Made by a program: the position numbers and the translations under genes
Origin: Eledone cirrhosa
Lineage: Eukaryota
Direction: 5' to 3'
NCBI GenBank assembly: GCA_964016885.1
Contig: OZ024760.1
Coordinates: 2,852,001-2,916,000 of the forward strand
Length of the DNA stretch: 64,000 bases
Part shown: positions 1 to 13,291 of the stretch, one piece after another
Numbering within the stretch: the first letter of the stretch is position 1
How the letters are laid out: each line of letters opens with the position of its first letter
Notes under the pieces: model-generated
Told to the model about the DNA's origin: nothing
The model's input: the letters and a program-made list of their open reading frames with translations, nothing else
The model's database searches: none

Positions 1-174
1 CATTCTTGTGTTCAATTATATTTGACTGGTGATATGGGTTATGATATTTAATTATTTCTCAATTACTTTCATTATTATTGGGTTTGATAACAAAGCTAAA
101 TTAACCACTTTGATACCAACCTGTTCAAAGCTAGCTCTGGTTCTATGAAACAGAACTATCCATTTTAAATTTAA

Positions 175-430
175 GGGCAGTGACTTGGCAGAGTTGTTAA
201 AACATTGGATAGAATGGTTTGCAGTATTTATTTCAGCTCTCTGCTTTCTGAGTTCAAATTCTGCTGAGGTCAACTTTGCTTTTCATCCATTGGAGGTCGA
301 TAAAAAAAGTACCAGTCTAGTACTGGGGTTTATTTCTTTCTCTATATCTCTTTCTCACATCCATTCTCTCACTCTCTCTCTATCCTTCTCTGAAAGAAAT
401 CTACTGCATTCAGACCTGGAGAGGAGATGG
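175..430 (+). mobile_element. tRNA-derived SINE (family A variant)
   Basis: A-box-like TGGCAGAGTTGTTA and B-box GAGTTCAAATTC, then the central motif CAACTTTGCTTTTCATCC..GGTCGATAAAAAAAGTACCAG shared with many other copies in the window. Confidence 0.75.
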
Positions 431-614
431 TCCATCAATTGATATGAATTAAAATCTTCCAATATAATTATTTATAAAAACGATATGTTATGCTACTCTT
501 AGTATAATGAATTATGTAATAATTTTAGTAAATCTTTCTAAATTCTTCATTAAAACTTTTGATACTAACATTAGCCAAAACCAGCTCTGGTTCTATGAAA
601 CAAAATCATCCAGT

Positions 615-921
615 TTAACCCTTTAGCATTGACATTAATCTATATTTACTAATAAAGTACCAGTAATGCACTGGGTAATTGCTGGCCTTGTGCCTAACGT
701 AGAAACAATTAATCTATATTTACTAATATTTTCACGGTAAAGGCTTTACCTCACATAATTATTTCACATAATATTGAATCTATGAGAAATACTTCAAGCA
801 AACTTCAATACTCTCTTGATATTATTTATTTTGAGAACAGTACCTTAACATCAGTATGAGCAGTCGGTCACAGCTGGTTTGAACAGAAAGTTCAAATCCT
901 GTTTAAATGCTAATGGGTTAA
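615..921 (+). mobile_element. piggyBac-type MITE, family B
   Basis: TTAA|CCCTTTAGCATT ... AATGCTAATGGG|TTAA terminal inverted repeats with TTAA duplication; contains a SINE 3' fragment. Confidence 0.75.
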
Positions 922-1235
922 AGGGTTCCTATTTAAATTAATATCTTCCAACATGATTTATAGAAGAAGCATATGTTATATTACTATCTTAGTAAAATTA
1001 ATAATTTCAAAAAGTTCTTCGTTAATCGTTGTATATACTCAAATATAAACTGTTCCCCCATACCACTATTTTATGTCTTAGAAATAGGTGAAAATCCAAA
1101 TCCTGTTTATAAACCGAGACAGCTAATTAACACATTGTTTAGATGGTGTATATAAGCTAACCTCCCGTTTTACTGTATATTTTTTTGTCACATATTCCTC
1201 AGCTTATATTTGAGTATATATATATATATATATAT

Positions 1236-1437
1236 AGTAATAATAATAAATTTGAAGATTAAAATCCAAAGAGGGCTCGATAAGGATAAATATATATCAA
1301 ATATATAAGAACCGTAGAGCAAATATTTATTAAAATAACAGATTAAAGTTTAAGCAAAGAATCACTGCTTTCACCCTTAACGGGATTTTCTGAAATAGTT
1401 TCAGAAGATCCCGTTAAGGGTGAAAGCAGCGATAAAT
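1236..1437. mobile_element. Fold-back element inside (TA)n (Penelope-like relic?)
   Basis: Internal hairpin at 1361-1433; a near-identical inverted copy of the body at 34715-34880; TA repeats on both sides. Confidence 0.5.
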
Positions 1438-1519
1438 ATATATATATATATTTTTTTTTTTTTAAATCGATTGGCAAGATCCCAGACTTCATTCGCTTGC
1501 CTAATGGGGTGGACCTCAT

Positions 1520-1730
1520 CAAATTGGACCAACGAAACAATGTTCAATGTTTCGATTGGTCTTTCCTATGCTGATACTATCTACAGGTGGCAACTTCTGG
1601 CAGAAAGAGCAACGTGAAATAAAATGACTAGCTCAAGGACACAACACATCGCCTAGTCTGAGAATTGAACTCACATCACTCCCTCACTATTGCGAGTCCA
1701 ACTCTCTATCCATTAAGCCATGTGCCTTGC
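1520..1730 (-). mobile_element. tRNA-derived SINE, family D
   Basis: Reverse complement of the tRNA-like head seen at 20095 and 50650, plus the GAAACAATGTT..ATTGGTCTTTC segment. Confidence 0.6.
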
Positions 1731-1899
1731 TTATTCAAGTATATACAGTAATTGAAAAAGAGTATATCATTTGAAATATGGTCATAAAAGCATTTCAACA
1801 TCAAATTTTGTAATAAAAAATGTATCTTACACACCAGAAAATATGATATATGCTATTAATAAAATTCCTTTTCATGCAAAAATATGTAATTTCTCAGGC

Positions 1900-1939
<40 letters not shown>

Positions 1940-2079
1940 TATTATTATTGTTGCTGTTGTTTTTGTTGTTATTATACTTTTTTTTTCTTTAGAAATTTTA
2001 AACTATCATATTTTTCTTCATAGAAAATTCAAATTTGAACCAGTTTTGAAGCTGTAGCTTAAAAGCATTTTGTAAAATT

Positions 2080-2146
2080 ATGAAAATGTTGGAATCTTGG
2101 GTAATGCAAGCAGCTGAAATGCACTCAGTAGTTCATGAAATGTTAT
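2080..2146 (+). CDS. Candidate first coding exon of an unidentified host gene (MKMLESWVMQAAEMHSVVHEML)
   Basis: Unique sequence; acceptor TTTTTCTTCATAG ends at 2023; ATG at 2080; consensus donor |GTAAGT at 2147; ends in phase 1. Confidence 0.35.
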
Positions 2147-2284
2147 GTAAGTGAATCTCACAAGCTGCCAACCCATAGGATGCAGGCTTCCATTCCATCA
2201 TGGGGCCTGCACCAATGCTTTGAATATCAACCTGGTCTGCTAATGGCCTATGCCTCCAACACTTGCTAGCAGGGAAATCGGATA

Positions 2285-2510
2285 TTAACCCTTTAGCATT
2301 TAAACCAGCCATATCTGGCCAGAATTCTCTCTCTTTCTGTTTAAACCAGCTGTAACTGGCTGCTCGTACTTATGTTAAGGTATTGTTCTCAAAATAAATA
2401 ATACCAAAATCTCATAGATTCTATATTATGTGAGATAATTATGTGAAATAAAGTGTTTACTGCAAAAAGACAATAGTATATATAGAGTAATGTAAATACT
2501 AGAGGGTTAA
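2285..2510 (-). mobile_element. piggyBac-type MITE, family B
   Basis: TTAA|CCCTTTAGCATTTA ... TAAATACTAGAGGG|TTAA; inserted in the TTAA of an RTE/SINE tail. Confidence 0.8.
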
Positions 2511-2513
2511 ACT

Positions 2514-3365
2514 ATGATAATGATGGTGGTGGTGGTTCCGATGATGATGATGGTGATGATGGAGGTGATGATGGTAGTGGTGGTGGTGGTGGTGACGATG
2601 GTGATGATAGTGTTGATGATGATGGAGGTGATGATGATGATGGTGGTGGTGGTGGTGATGATAGTGTTGATGATGATGGTGATGATGATGGTGGTGGTGG
2701 TGGTGGTGATGATAGTGTTGATGATGATGGAGGTGATGATGATGGTGGTGGTGGTGGTGGTGATGATAGTGTTGATGATGATGGTGATGATGATGGTGGT
2801 GGTGGTGGTGGTGGTGATGATAGTGTTGATGATGATGGAGGTGATGATGATGGTGGTGGTGGTGGTGATGATGATAGCAGTGTTGATGATGATGGAGGTG
2901 ATGGTAGTGGTGGTGGTGGTGGTGGTAGTGGTGATGATGGTGGTGGTGGTGGTGGGGTGGTGGTGATAGCAGTGTTGATGATGGAGGTGATGATGATGGT
3001 AGTGGTGGTGGTGGTGATGACGATGGTGATGATAGTGTTGATGATGATGGAGGTGATGGTGGTGGTGGTGGTGGTGGTGATGATGGTGGTGGTGGTGGTG
3101 GTGGCGGTGGTGATGTTGATGATGATGGAGGTGATGATGATGGTGGTGGTGGTGATGATGATGATGATAGCAGTGTTGATGATGATGGAGGTGATGATGA
3201 TGGTAGTGGTGTTGATGATGATGGAGGTGATGATGATGATGGTGGTGATGATGATGATAGCAGTGTTGATGATGATGGAGGTGATGATGGTGGTGATGAT
3301 GATGACGATAGTAGTGGTGCTGGTGATAAATACAATGATAACAATGATGATGACAATAGTGGTAG

Positions 3366-3412
<47 letters not shown>

Positions 3413-3495
3413 GTAGTAGTAGTGGTGGTGGTGGTGGTGGTAATGATGATGATAACAACAATGATGTTGAAAATAGTGGTGATGATGATGATGAC
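2514..3495. repeat. Compound (GAT)n/(GGT)n microsatellite
   Basis: Mixed trinucleotide tract continuing the (GAT)n tail of an RTE-type 3' end; source of the poly-H/V/M ORFs. Confidence 0.9.
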
Positions 3496-3732
3496 AATCT
3501 CGTTTTTGCTTCAACCCATTTTCTTTATTTCTTATTCTTTTTTTTTTATATTTCAATTCCTATATTTTACCTACATTAAGCTACATCTGCTTAGTGCAGT
3601 ATTTCATCTGAGTGTTTATTTCACATAAACTTCCCCATTCAGTCATTTCCCTCATTGGTTCTCTTATATAAAGCATTCATCAATATTAATTTTTTTTTTT
3701 TTGTTTGTACATTAAAAGCGCCTACTTTTGTA

Positions 3733-5263
3733 TTCAACCCTTTCATTACCGTATCTTTAATGAAAGACACTGTCTATGTCATTAACCCTTTCATTACCGT
3801 ATCTTTAATGAAAGACACTGTCTATGTCATTAACCCTTTCATTACCGTATCTTTAATGAAAGACACTGTCTATGTCATTAACCCTTTCATTACCGTATCT
3901 TTAATGACAGACACTGTCTATGTCATTAACCCTTTCATTACCGTATCTTTAATGAAAGACACTGTCTATGTCATTAACCCTTTCATTACCGTATCTTTAA
4001 TGAAAGACACTGTCTATGTCATTAACCCTTTCATTACCGTATCTTTAATGACAGACACTGTCTATGTCATTAACCCTTTCATTACCGTATCTTTAATGAC
4101 AGACACTGTCTATGTCATTAACCCTTTCATTACCGTATCTTTAATGAAAGACACTGTCTATGTCATTAACCCTTTCATTACCGTATCTTTAATGACAGAC
4201 ACTGTCTATGTCATTAACCCTTTCATTACCGTATCTTTAATGAAAGACACTGTCTATGTCATTAACCCTTTCATTACCGTATCTTTAATGACAGACACTG
4301 TCTATGTCATTAACCCTTTCATTACCGTATCTTTAATGAAAGACACTGTCTATGTCATTAACCCTTTCATTACCGTATCTTTAATGACAGACACTGTCTA
4401 TGTCATTAACCCTTTCATTACCATATCTTTAATGACAGACACTGACTATGTCATTAACCCTTTCATTACCATATCTTTAATGACAGACACTGACTATGTC
4501 ATTAACCCTTTCATTACCGTATCTTTAATGACAGACACTGTCTATGTCATTAACCCTTTCATTACCGTATCTTTAATGAAAGACACTGTCTATGTCATTA
4601 ACCCTTTCATTGCCGTATCTTTAATGACAGACACTGTCTATGTCATTAACCCTTTCATTACCGTATCTTTAATGAAAGACACTGTCTATGTCATTAACCC
4701 TTTCATTACCGTATCTTTAATGACAGACACTGTCTATGTCATTAACCCTTTCATTACCATATCTTTAATGACAGACACTGACTATGTCATTAACCCTTTC
4801 ATTACCATATCTTTAATGACAGACACTGGCTATGTCATTAACCCTTTCATTACCGTATCTTTAATGACAGACACTGTCTATGTCATTAACCCTTTCATTA
4901 CCGTATCTTTAATGACAGACACTGTCTATGTCATTAACCCTTTCATTACCGTATCTTTAATGAAAGACACTGTCTATGTCATTAACCCTTTCATTACCGT
5001 ATCTTTAATGACAGACACTGTCTATGTCATTAACCCTTTCATTACCGTATCTTTAATGAAAGACACTGTCTATGTCATTAACCCTTTCATTACCGTATCT
5101 TTAATGACAGACACTGTCTATGTCATTAACCCTTTCATTACCATATCTTTAATGACAGACACTGACTATGTCATTAACCCTTTCATTACCATATCTTTAA
5201 TGACAGACACTGACTATGTCATTAACCCTTTCATTACCGTATCTTTAATGACAGACACTGTCT
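3733..5263 (+). repeat. 48-bp tandem satellite (~32 copies) derived from the left end of MITE family C
   Basis: Unit ATTAACCCTTTCATTACCGTATCTTTAATGA(A/C)AGACACTGTCTATGTC; the last unit runs directly into the MITE body. Confidence 0.95.
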
Positions 5264-5630
5264 GTGGTTTTCAAATCATTTTGGAAATAATCAAGAATTT
5301 TCGAGGGATTTAGTAATGTAATTAATTTTCTCATTATTAAACTAGTGTTTGGAACATAGATTAACAAAGGGTTTGACCATATTTCTAATGAAAGATATTA
5401 ACTATATGATTTTCAAATAATTTTGGAAACAAACAAGAATTTGGAGGGATTTAGTAATATAACTTTTTCGTTATTATGCTGGTGTTTGGACCATAACTTA
5501 ATAAAGGTTCTTACATACTTACATAAAATTATGATGGAAGGTTTTTAGATAAATATAAACATTTTACAATAAACGGTTTTGTATCATAGAATAAGGGGTT
5601 GTTTCAAAAAGTTTGGTATCAAATAGGTTA
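5222..5630 (+). mobile_element. piggyBac-type MITE, family C
   Basis: TTAA|CCCTTTCATTACC ... GGTATCAAATAGG|TTAA with an internal partial duplication; related copies at 12880-13220, 13670-14015, 36485-36920 and 62360-62480. Confidence 0.7.
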
Positions 5631-5709
5631 AGCTAATGTTTGGAGCATGAATTAACAAAGGTTCTTATATAAAATTATGTTGGAAGGCATTTAGTTAAGT
5701 ATAAACACT

Positions 5710-5880
5710 TTAACCCTTTAACATTACATTACTCTATATCTACTATTATATTTTCATAATATTTTCATAATATCAAATCTATGAGATTTCGATAGTATTT
5801 ATTTTGAGAACAATACCTTAAGATCAGTATGAGTGGCTGGTTACAGCTAGATTGAACTAGTTTAAATGCTAAAGGGTTAA
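5710..5880 (+). mobile_element. piggyBac-type MITE family B, nested in a family C fragment
   Basis: TTAA|CCCTTTAACATT ... AATGCTAAAGGG|TTAA; removing it restores CACTTTAAAATAAACAGTTTTG as seen at ~36851. Confidence 0.8.
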
Positions 5881-6139
5881 AATAAACAGTTTTGTATTAA
5901 ATCCAATTATCTTTTTGTCATACATTAACTTGTATATGATTTGTGTTTAGTATGTTAAAACATATGTATTGAATGTGACGAGCAGAGTGGGTTTGACTCT
6001 CATGTGTGTTGATACCCATCTTTTTCTATTCAGCGGGTTTATACACCTCATTATTATTAGATTATTATATCCAGTCAAATTACGGTGAAGTCTTCTAATT
6101 CGGTTTTCATTTATATGTATTATTATAGTTTAAGCTTAG

Positions 6140-6870
6140 GCAGCAAATAGGCAGAGTCATTAGAACATCAGATAGAATGCTTTGAAATATTTATTTTCAC
6201 TCTCTGCTTTCTGATTTTAAATCCTGCCTTGGTCAATTTTGGTTTTCACCCATTTAACCCTTTAGCATTTACATTACTCTATATTTACTATCATATTTTT
6301 ATGGTAAAAGCTTTATCTCACAAAATATCTCACATAATATCTCACATAATAATTGGAGTATAAATTAACAAAGGTTCTTATATAAAATTATGTTGGAAGG
6401 CATTTAGATAAATATAAACATTTTAACCTTTTAGCATTTACATTACTCTATATTTACTATTATATTTTCATGGCAAAGGCTTTATCTCACAAAATATCTT
6501 ACATAATATCATATCAATGAGATTTTGATATTTATTTTGAGAAAACTACCTTAACATCAGTCTGAGTGGCTGGTTACAGCCGGTTTGATCAGAAAGAAGT
6601 TAGAGAATTCTGCCTTGATAGGGCTGGTTTAAATACTAAAGGGTTAAAGTCGATAAAAAAGTCCCAGTCTAGTACTTGAGTTGATTCTTCCTCTATATCT
6701 CTTCCTTACTTCCATTCTCTTACTTTCTATCCTTCTCTAGAAGAAATCTGCTGTTTGTCAGACCTGGAGTAGGGGTGGGCTCTGCAAGGTTTTAAAAAAA
6801 TGTCATAGAAATGTCATATGTCAACATGGCGCTGCTTTGATTCTCTCAGGAGTTACAGGAACCATGTATG
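6140..6870 (+). mobile_element. SINE family A variant interrupted by a compound MITE B (6254-6647)
   Basis: SINE core TTTTCACCCAT-TTAA-[CCCTTTAGC...CTAAAGGG]-TTAA-AGTCGATAAAAAAG shows the TTAA target-site duplication. Confidence 0.8.
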
Positions 6871-7616
6871 CATGCGTTATTTGACTATTTTATTTAGTCA
6901 AAATTATAGCTAAGTCTTCTAAATCAATTTACATTTATCTGTATTTATACAGTGTAAGCTTAACCATTCAAGCAGTATTTTTTTTTCTGGCATTTGATCA
7001 ATATTAATTATTTTTCAGTACATTAGTAGCTTCTACTTTTGTGTCTTGGGGCATGTGTGTGTAGTGAATTGAGTACAAATTTTCAATTAGACTGATTTTA
7101 AAATAATATATTTTCTATAGGAGTGTTCTAATGACAAACCTACCTTGATTGATCTGCTATAGATATTGATTCAGGTTCACTGATACTATATGATAGTTCA
7201 ATATGTTAGTAATTAGTCAAAGTTGTCTATCTAATGTAAACTAAAGCCTAAATGAACTCCCTTACGACATAACACCCGCCCATTCATTCTCCTCTGCTAG
7301 AAACAGGTTTCAATATATTTTCTGTATATAATTGACATAGCTTTAATGGTTTAATAACCAGAGCTGGGTTTCAGACATATTGTTGGTTCTAAATCAATGA
7401 AGCTGGCATGTAATGTCTGTTGATACATTAAAATTGTTAATCATCATCATCATCATCATCATCATCTTTTTTCATCCACTTTTCCCTGCTTGCAAGGGTG
7501 GGACGGGTCCCATTAATGTCACCCAGTAAAATATTTCTGTATTAACCAATATATTCCGTTCAAGGTTTCTATTACAAACCATCTACAACTAATTTCTCTG
7601 TAACGTAACAAGGTTA

Positions 7617-8125
7617 ACCCTTCCTCCTCATATTCCCCCTCATCAGCCTTCTCCTTGTCCTCTTCCGTCCTCCTCCTTCCTCCTCCGTCCTCCTCCTCCT
7701 CCTCCTTCTTGTCCCTCCTTGTCTTCCCCTCCTTGTCCCCCTCCCACACCCCTCATTGTCTTCCCCTACCCCATCATCCCTCTCCTTCCTTGGCTTCCCC
7801 TCCTCGTCCTCCTCCCCCTTGTCCCTCCTCCTCCTTGTCTTCCCCTACCCGCTCATCCCCCTTCTTGTCTTCCCCTCCTCCTCCTTTTTCTCCTCCTTTT
7901 CCTCCTCCTTCCTCCTCCTTGTCCCTCCTTGTCTTCCCCTACCCCCTCACCCCTTCTTGTCTTCCCCTCCTCTTCCTCTTCCTCCTTCCCCCTCCTTGTC
8001 TTCCCCTCCGTTCCCCCCTCCCACCCCTCATTGCCTTCCCCTACCCCTCATCCCCCTGTCTTTCCCCCCTCCTACCCACCTTCCTCCCTCCCTCTTTGTC
8101 GTCGCCCCCCCCCCCCCTCTTCCTC
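7617..8125. repeat. Polypyrimidine low-complexity (CCT/CTT-rich) repeat
   Basis: Recurrent TTGTCTTCCCCT motif within (CCT)n. Confidence 0.85.
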
Positions 8126-8340
8126 TCACTTATTCCTAGGAGGTTTGTTGGTGGAGTAGAGTCCTCAGACACTTCTTCCAGAGAGTCCTATCAGCCACAA
8201 CCGTCTCCAATTGATCTGGGACAAGGTCCCCAAGCAAGACCAGCCGAGCTCATGAATGTTACCCAACTGCCTCCCTGCCCATCATCTACCTCTGGGTCTT
8301 CTGCTGGTCGGCTTTGTCCATAAAATCTGTCCAGTGATTC
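8126..8340 (-). mobile_element. RTE-clade LINE 3' fragment (Rex3/Expander-like)
   Basis: Reverse complement aligns by eye with 12655-12880 (degenerate PTGRRPRGR motif and the same 3' end GGAATAAGTG). Confidence 0.7.
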
Positions 8341-10927
8341 ATTCCTCAGTCAGAACTTATTCTCTAGCATTCTTCCACATTCCTCAGTCAGAACTTATTC
8401 TCTAGCATTCTTCCACATTCCTCAGTCAGAACTTATTCTCTAGCATTCTTCCACATCCCTCAGTCAGAACTTATTCTCTAGCATTCTTCCACATTCCTCA
8501 GTCAGAACTTATTCTCTAGCATTCTTCCACGTTCCTCAGTCAGAACTTATTGTCTAGCATTCTTCCACATTCCTCAGTCAGAACTTATTCTCTAGCATTC
8601 TTCCACATTCCTCAGTCAGAACTTATTCTCTAGCATTCTTCCACATTCCTCAGTCAGAACTTATTCTCTAGCATTCTTCCACATTCCTCAGTCAGAACTT
8701 ATTCTCTAGCATTCTTCCACATTCCTCAGTCAGAACTTATTCTCTAGCATTCTTCCACATTCCTCAGTCAGAACTTATTCTCTAGCATTCTTCCACATTC
8801 CTCAGTCAGAACTTATTCTCTAGCATTCTTCCACATTCCCCAGTCAGAACTTATTCTCTAGCATTCTTCCACATTCCTCAGTCAGAACTTATTCTCTAGC
8901 ATTCTTCCACATTCCCCAGTCAGAACTTATTCTCTAGCATTCTTCCACATTCCCCAGTCAGAACTTATTCTCTAGCATTCTTCCACATTCCTCAGTCAGA
9001 ACTTATACTCTAGCATTCTTCCACATTCCTCAGTCAGAACTTATACTCTAGCATTCTTCCACATTCCTCAGTCAGAACATATTCTCTAGCATTCTTCCAC
9101 ATTCCTCAGTCAGAACTTATTCTCTAGCATTCTTCCACATTCCTCAGTCAGAACTTATACTCTAGCATTCTTCCACATTCCTCAGTCAGAACTTATACTC
9201 TAGCATTCTTCCACATTCCTCAGTCAGAACTTATTCTCTAGCATTCTTCCACATTCCTCAGTCAGAACTTATTCTCTAGCATTCTTCCACATTCCACAGT
9301 CAGAACTTATACTCTAGCATTCTTCCACATTCCTCAGTCAGAACTTATACTCTAGCATTCTTCCACATTCCTCAGTCAGAACTTATACTCTAGCATTCTT
9401 CCACATTCCTCAGTCAGAACTTATACTCTAGCATTCTTCCACATTCCTCAGTCAGAACTTATACTCTAGCATTCTTCCACATTCCTCAGTCAGAACTTCT
9501 ACTCTAGCATTCTTCCACATTCCTCAGTCAGAACTTATTCTCTAGCATTCTTCCACATTCCTCAGTCAGAACTTATTCTCTAGCATTCTTCCACATTCCT
9601 CAGTCAGAACTTATTCTCTAGCATTCTTCCACATTCCTCAGTCAGAACTTATTCTCTAGCATTCTTCCACATTCCTCAGTCAGAACATATTCTCTAGCAT
9701 TCTTCCACATTCCTCAGTCAGAACTTATACTCTAGCATTCTTCCACATTCCTCAGTCAGAACTTATTCTCTAGCATTCTTCCACATTCCTCAGTCAGAAC
9801 TTATTCTCTAGCATTCTTCCACATTCCTCAGTCAGAACTTATTCTCTAGCATTCTTCCACATTCCTCAGTCAGAACTTATTCTCTAGCATTCTTCCACAT
9901 TCCTCAGTCAGAACTTATACTCTAGCATTCTTCCACATTCCTCAGTCAGAACTTATTCTCTAGCATTCTTCCACATTCCTCAGTCAGAACTTATTCTCTA
10001 GCATTCTTCCACATTCCTCAGTCAGAACTTATTCTCTAGCATTCTTCCACATTCCTCAGTCAGAACTTATTCTCTAGCATTCTTCCACATTCCTCAGTCA
10101 GAACTTATTCTCTAGCATTCTTCCACATTCCTCAGTCAGAACTTATTCTCTAGCATTCTTCCACATTCCTCAGTCAGAACTTATTCTCTAGCATTCTTCC
10201 ACATTCCTTAGTCAGAACTTATTCTCTAGCATTCTTCCACATTCCTCAGTCAGAACTTATACTCTAGCATTCTTCCACATTCCTCAGTCAGAACTTATTC
10301 TCTAGCATTCTTCCACATTCCTCAGTCAGAACTTATTCTCTAGCATTCTACCACATTCCTCAGTCAGAACTTATACTCTAGCATTCTTCCACATTCCTCA
10401 GTCAGAACTTATTCTCTAGCATTCTTCCACATTCCTCAGTCAGAACTTATTCTCTAGCATTCTTCCACATTCCTCAGTCAGAACTTATTCTCTAGCATTC
10501 TTCCATATTCCTCAGTCAGAACTTATTCTCTAGCATTCTTCCACATTCCTCAGTCAGAACTTATTCTCTAGCATTCTTCCACATTCCTCAGTCAGAACTT
10601 ATTCTCTAGCATTCTTCCACATTCCTCAGTCAGAACTTATTCTCTAGCATTCTTCCACATTCCTTAGTCAGAACTTATTCTCTAGCATTCTTCCACATTC
10701 CTCAGTCAGAACTTATACTCTAGCATTCTTCAACATTCCTCAGTCAGAACTTATACTCTAGCATTCTTCCACATTCCTCAGTCAGAACTTATTCTCTAGC
10801 ATTCTTCCACATTCCTCAGTCAGAACTTATTCTCTAGCATTCTTCCACATTCCTCAGTCAGAACTTATTCTCTAGCATTCTTCCACATTCCTCAGTCAGA
10901 ACTTATTCTCTAGCATTCTTCCACATT
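8340..10927. repeat. 38-bp tandem satellite (~68 copies)
   Basis: Unit ATTCCTCAGTCAGAACTTATTCTCTAGCATTCTTCCAC, highly homogeneous. Confidence 0.95.
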
Positions 10928-11059
10928 GTTCTGGTTCATATCATTGGAGAAGCAATGGTATAACAAGTCTATCTTTAGCCCGGTTGCCTAGAGACACCCG
11001 CTGCAACAGCCACGCTACCTCTCGGGCTTTCCTTCTTAAGTGGGCCACTATACCTAGAT

Positions 11060-11662
11060 TCATCATCATCATCATCGTTTAACGTCTATCTTCCACGCTA
11101 GCATGGGTTAGACGAGAATTGTCCCACTTGATGCAAGATTGGTCGGGTGACCGTGTGTCGCTCTTATAGAACTATCAGGCAGGTTTTCTATGGCTGGATG
11201 CCCTTCCTAACACCAACCACATTTACAGTGTGGACTGGGAGCCTTTTTACCATGTCTCCTACACAACCACATTACAGTGTGGACTGGCAGCCTTTTTACC
11301 ATGTCTCCTACACAACCACTTTACAGTGTCGACTGGGAGCCTTTTTACCATGTCTCCTACACAACCACTTTACAGTGTCGACTGGGAGCCTTTTTACCAT
11401 GTCTCCTACACAACCACTTTACAGTGTGGACTGGGAGCCTTTTTACCATGTCTCTTACACAACCACTTTACAGTGTGGACTGGGAGCCTTTTTACCATGT
11501 CTCCTACACAACCACTTTACAGTGTCGACTGGGAGCCTTTTTACCGTGTCTCCTACACAACCACTTTACAGTGTCGACTGGGAGCCTTTTTACCATGTCT
11601 CCTACATGGCCACATTACAGTGTGGACTGGGTGCTTTTTTGTCATGACAACTACACAACCTC
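11060..11662 (-). mobile_element. RTE-tailed SINE (family E) with an internal 49-bp array (~9 copies)
   Basis: (CAT)n-CGTTTAACGTC..GCTAGCATGGG tail, GGATGCCCTTCCTAACACCAACC core, unit CAACCACTTTACAGTGTCGACTGGGAGCCTTTTTACCATGTCTCCTACA. Confidence 0.8.
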
Positions 11663-11919
11663 TTTAGTTTAGATTGTTTTTATATATATATTTTTTTTTT
11701 CCATGTATTTTATTGAATTCAAATCCATGACACATTGAAGCATGCTAGTAAAAGCTTTCTCATGTTGCCAAACAGAACATATATATTTTCATGTAATGTT
11801 ATATGTTATGTATACACTCAGTTGGCTCTGTATACTCTCATTGAATTATTTAACAGAGATATTTTCAAATTAGTAAAGCTCTCTTTAAGAAAATAGCAAT
11901 TTGTTATTCAAATGTTGTT

Positions 11920-12366
11920 TTAACCCTTTAGCATTTAAACCGGCCATATCTGGTCAGAATTCTCTCACCTCTTTCTGTTCAAACCAGCTGTAACCGGCCA
12001 CTCATACTAATGTTAAGCTATTGTTATCAAAATAAATAATATCAAAATCTCAAAGATTCGATATTATGTGAGATAATTATGTGAGGTAAAGCCTTTACTG
12101 TTAAAGTATAATAGTATATATGGAATAGTGTAAATGTTATGTGAGATAATTATGTGAAGTAAAGCCTTTACCGTGAAAATATAATAGTATAAATGGAGTA
12201 ATGTAAATGTTATGTGAGATAATTATGTGAGATTAAGCCTTTACCGTGAAAATATAATAGTAAATATGGAGAAATGTCAATGTTATGTGAGATATTATGT
12301 GAGATAAAGCCTTTACCGTGACAATATAATAGTAAATATGGAGTAATGTAAATGCTAAAGGGTTAA
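11920..12366 (-). mobile_element. piggyBac-type MITE family B with ~4 internal ~70-bp duplications
   Basis: Perfect TIRs TTAA|CCCTTTAGCATTTA ... TAAATGCTAAAGGG|TTAA. Confidence 0.85.
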
Positions 12367-12547
12367 TAAAACCATTAAATATTGTATTTTCTTTTTTACA
12401 TGGATTAGAAAATATGCTGACAAATGTAATAATTCAAACACACTAACTGTGTAATTCATTAAAGATATGATCACAGATTGGCTAAGGGTGCTTCATAATT
12501 TTATCCATTAAATATTTATGGTCTTTGGAGTCACATTATTTAATAAA

Positions 12548-12880
12548 GTCTGTAGCTCGGAGATCAGAGAGTCACTCCAGGTAGAGCTGCTACTTCTCCA
12601 AATTGAGAGATCACACCTCTGATACTAGGGGCAGGTGGTTAGAATGTCTCAGGAAAGAATCGTTGGACAGATGTTACGGGCAGAACCAACAGGGAGGAGA
12701 CCCAGGAGTAGATATCTAGTAAGATGGTTGGATAACATCCATGAAACTTGGCTGGTCATGCTTGGGGATCCAGCTGGATCAGTTGGAGATGGTTGCTTCT
12801 GACAGGACCCACTGGAAGGAGTGTTTGAGGACTCTGCCCCCCATGACCCTCTCAGGAATAAGTGGGTGAAGAAAAAGAGA
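12548..12880 (+). mobile_element. RTE-clade LINE 3' fragment (Rex3/Expander-like)
   Basis: Degenerate translation IRESLQVELLLLQIERS..GQVVRMSQERIVGQMLRAEPTGRRPR..RWLDNI, typical of the RTE ORF2 C-terminus. Confidence 0.75.
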
Positions 12881-13291
12881 AGAGAAAATATTTTGTTGTA
12901 TTCCAAACACAATCTTAATAATGAGAAAGTTAATTATTTTACTAAATCCTTCCAAAGTCTTCTTTATCTTCAAAATTAATTCAAACACATACACATTGTA
13001 ATTCATTAGAAATATGGTCAGAAATATGTTAAACCTTTGATTATAATTATGTTGGAAGCCTTTGTTATATTCCAAACACATGACAGATGACAGAATTTTA
13101 TGTTTAATAAATCCACTGAAATTCTTTGATTATTTTTTTAATTAATTCAAGCACATGGACAATGTATTTCAGTAGAAACAGAGTTAGGGTTGAGGTTTTT
13201 TTTAAAACCCTTTCAGTACCAAACTGTCTGGAATTCATCTTGGTCCTTATGATATAAAACTATTTGTTTTAAATTGTTTATATTTATCTAG

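Noticed and set aside
3655-5313. 552-aa ORF (and the 777-aa ORF at 60129-62462) as repeat proteins
   Set aside because: These are translations of a 48-bp (3n) stop-free satellite derived from a MITE end, with no non-repeat coding context
8340-10927. CRISPR array or hammerhead-containing satellite
   Set aside because: There are no unique spacers and the context is eukaryotic; the minus strand has CTGAGGA but no GAAA box or stems
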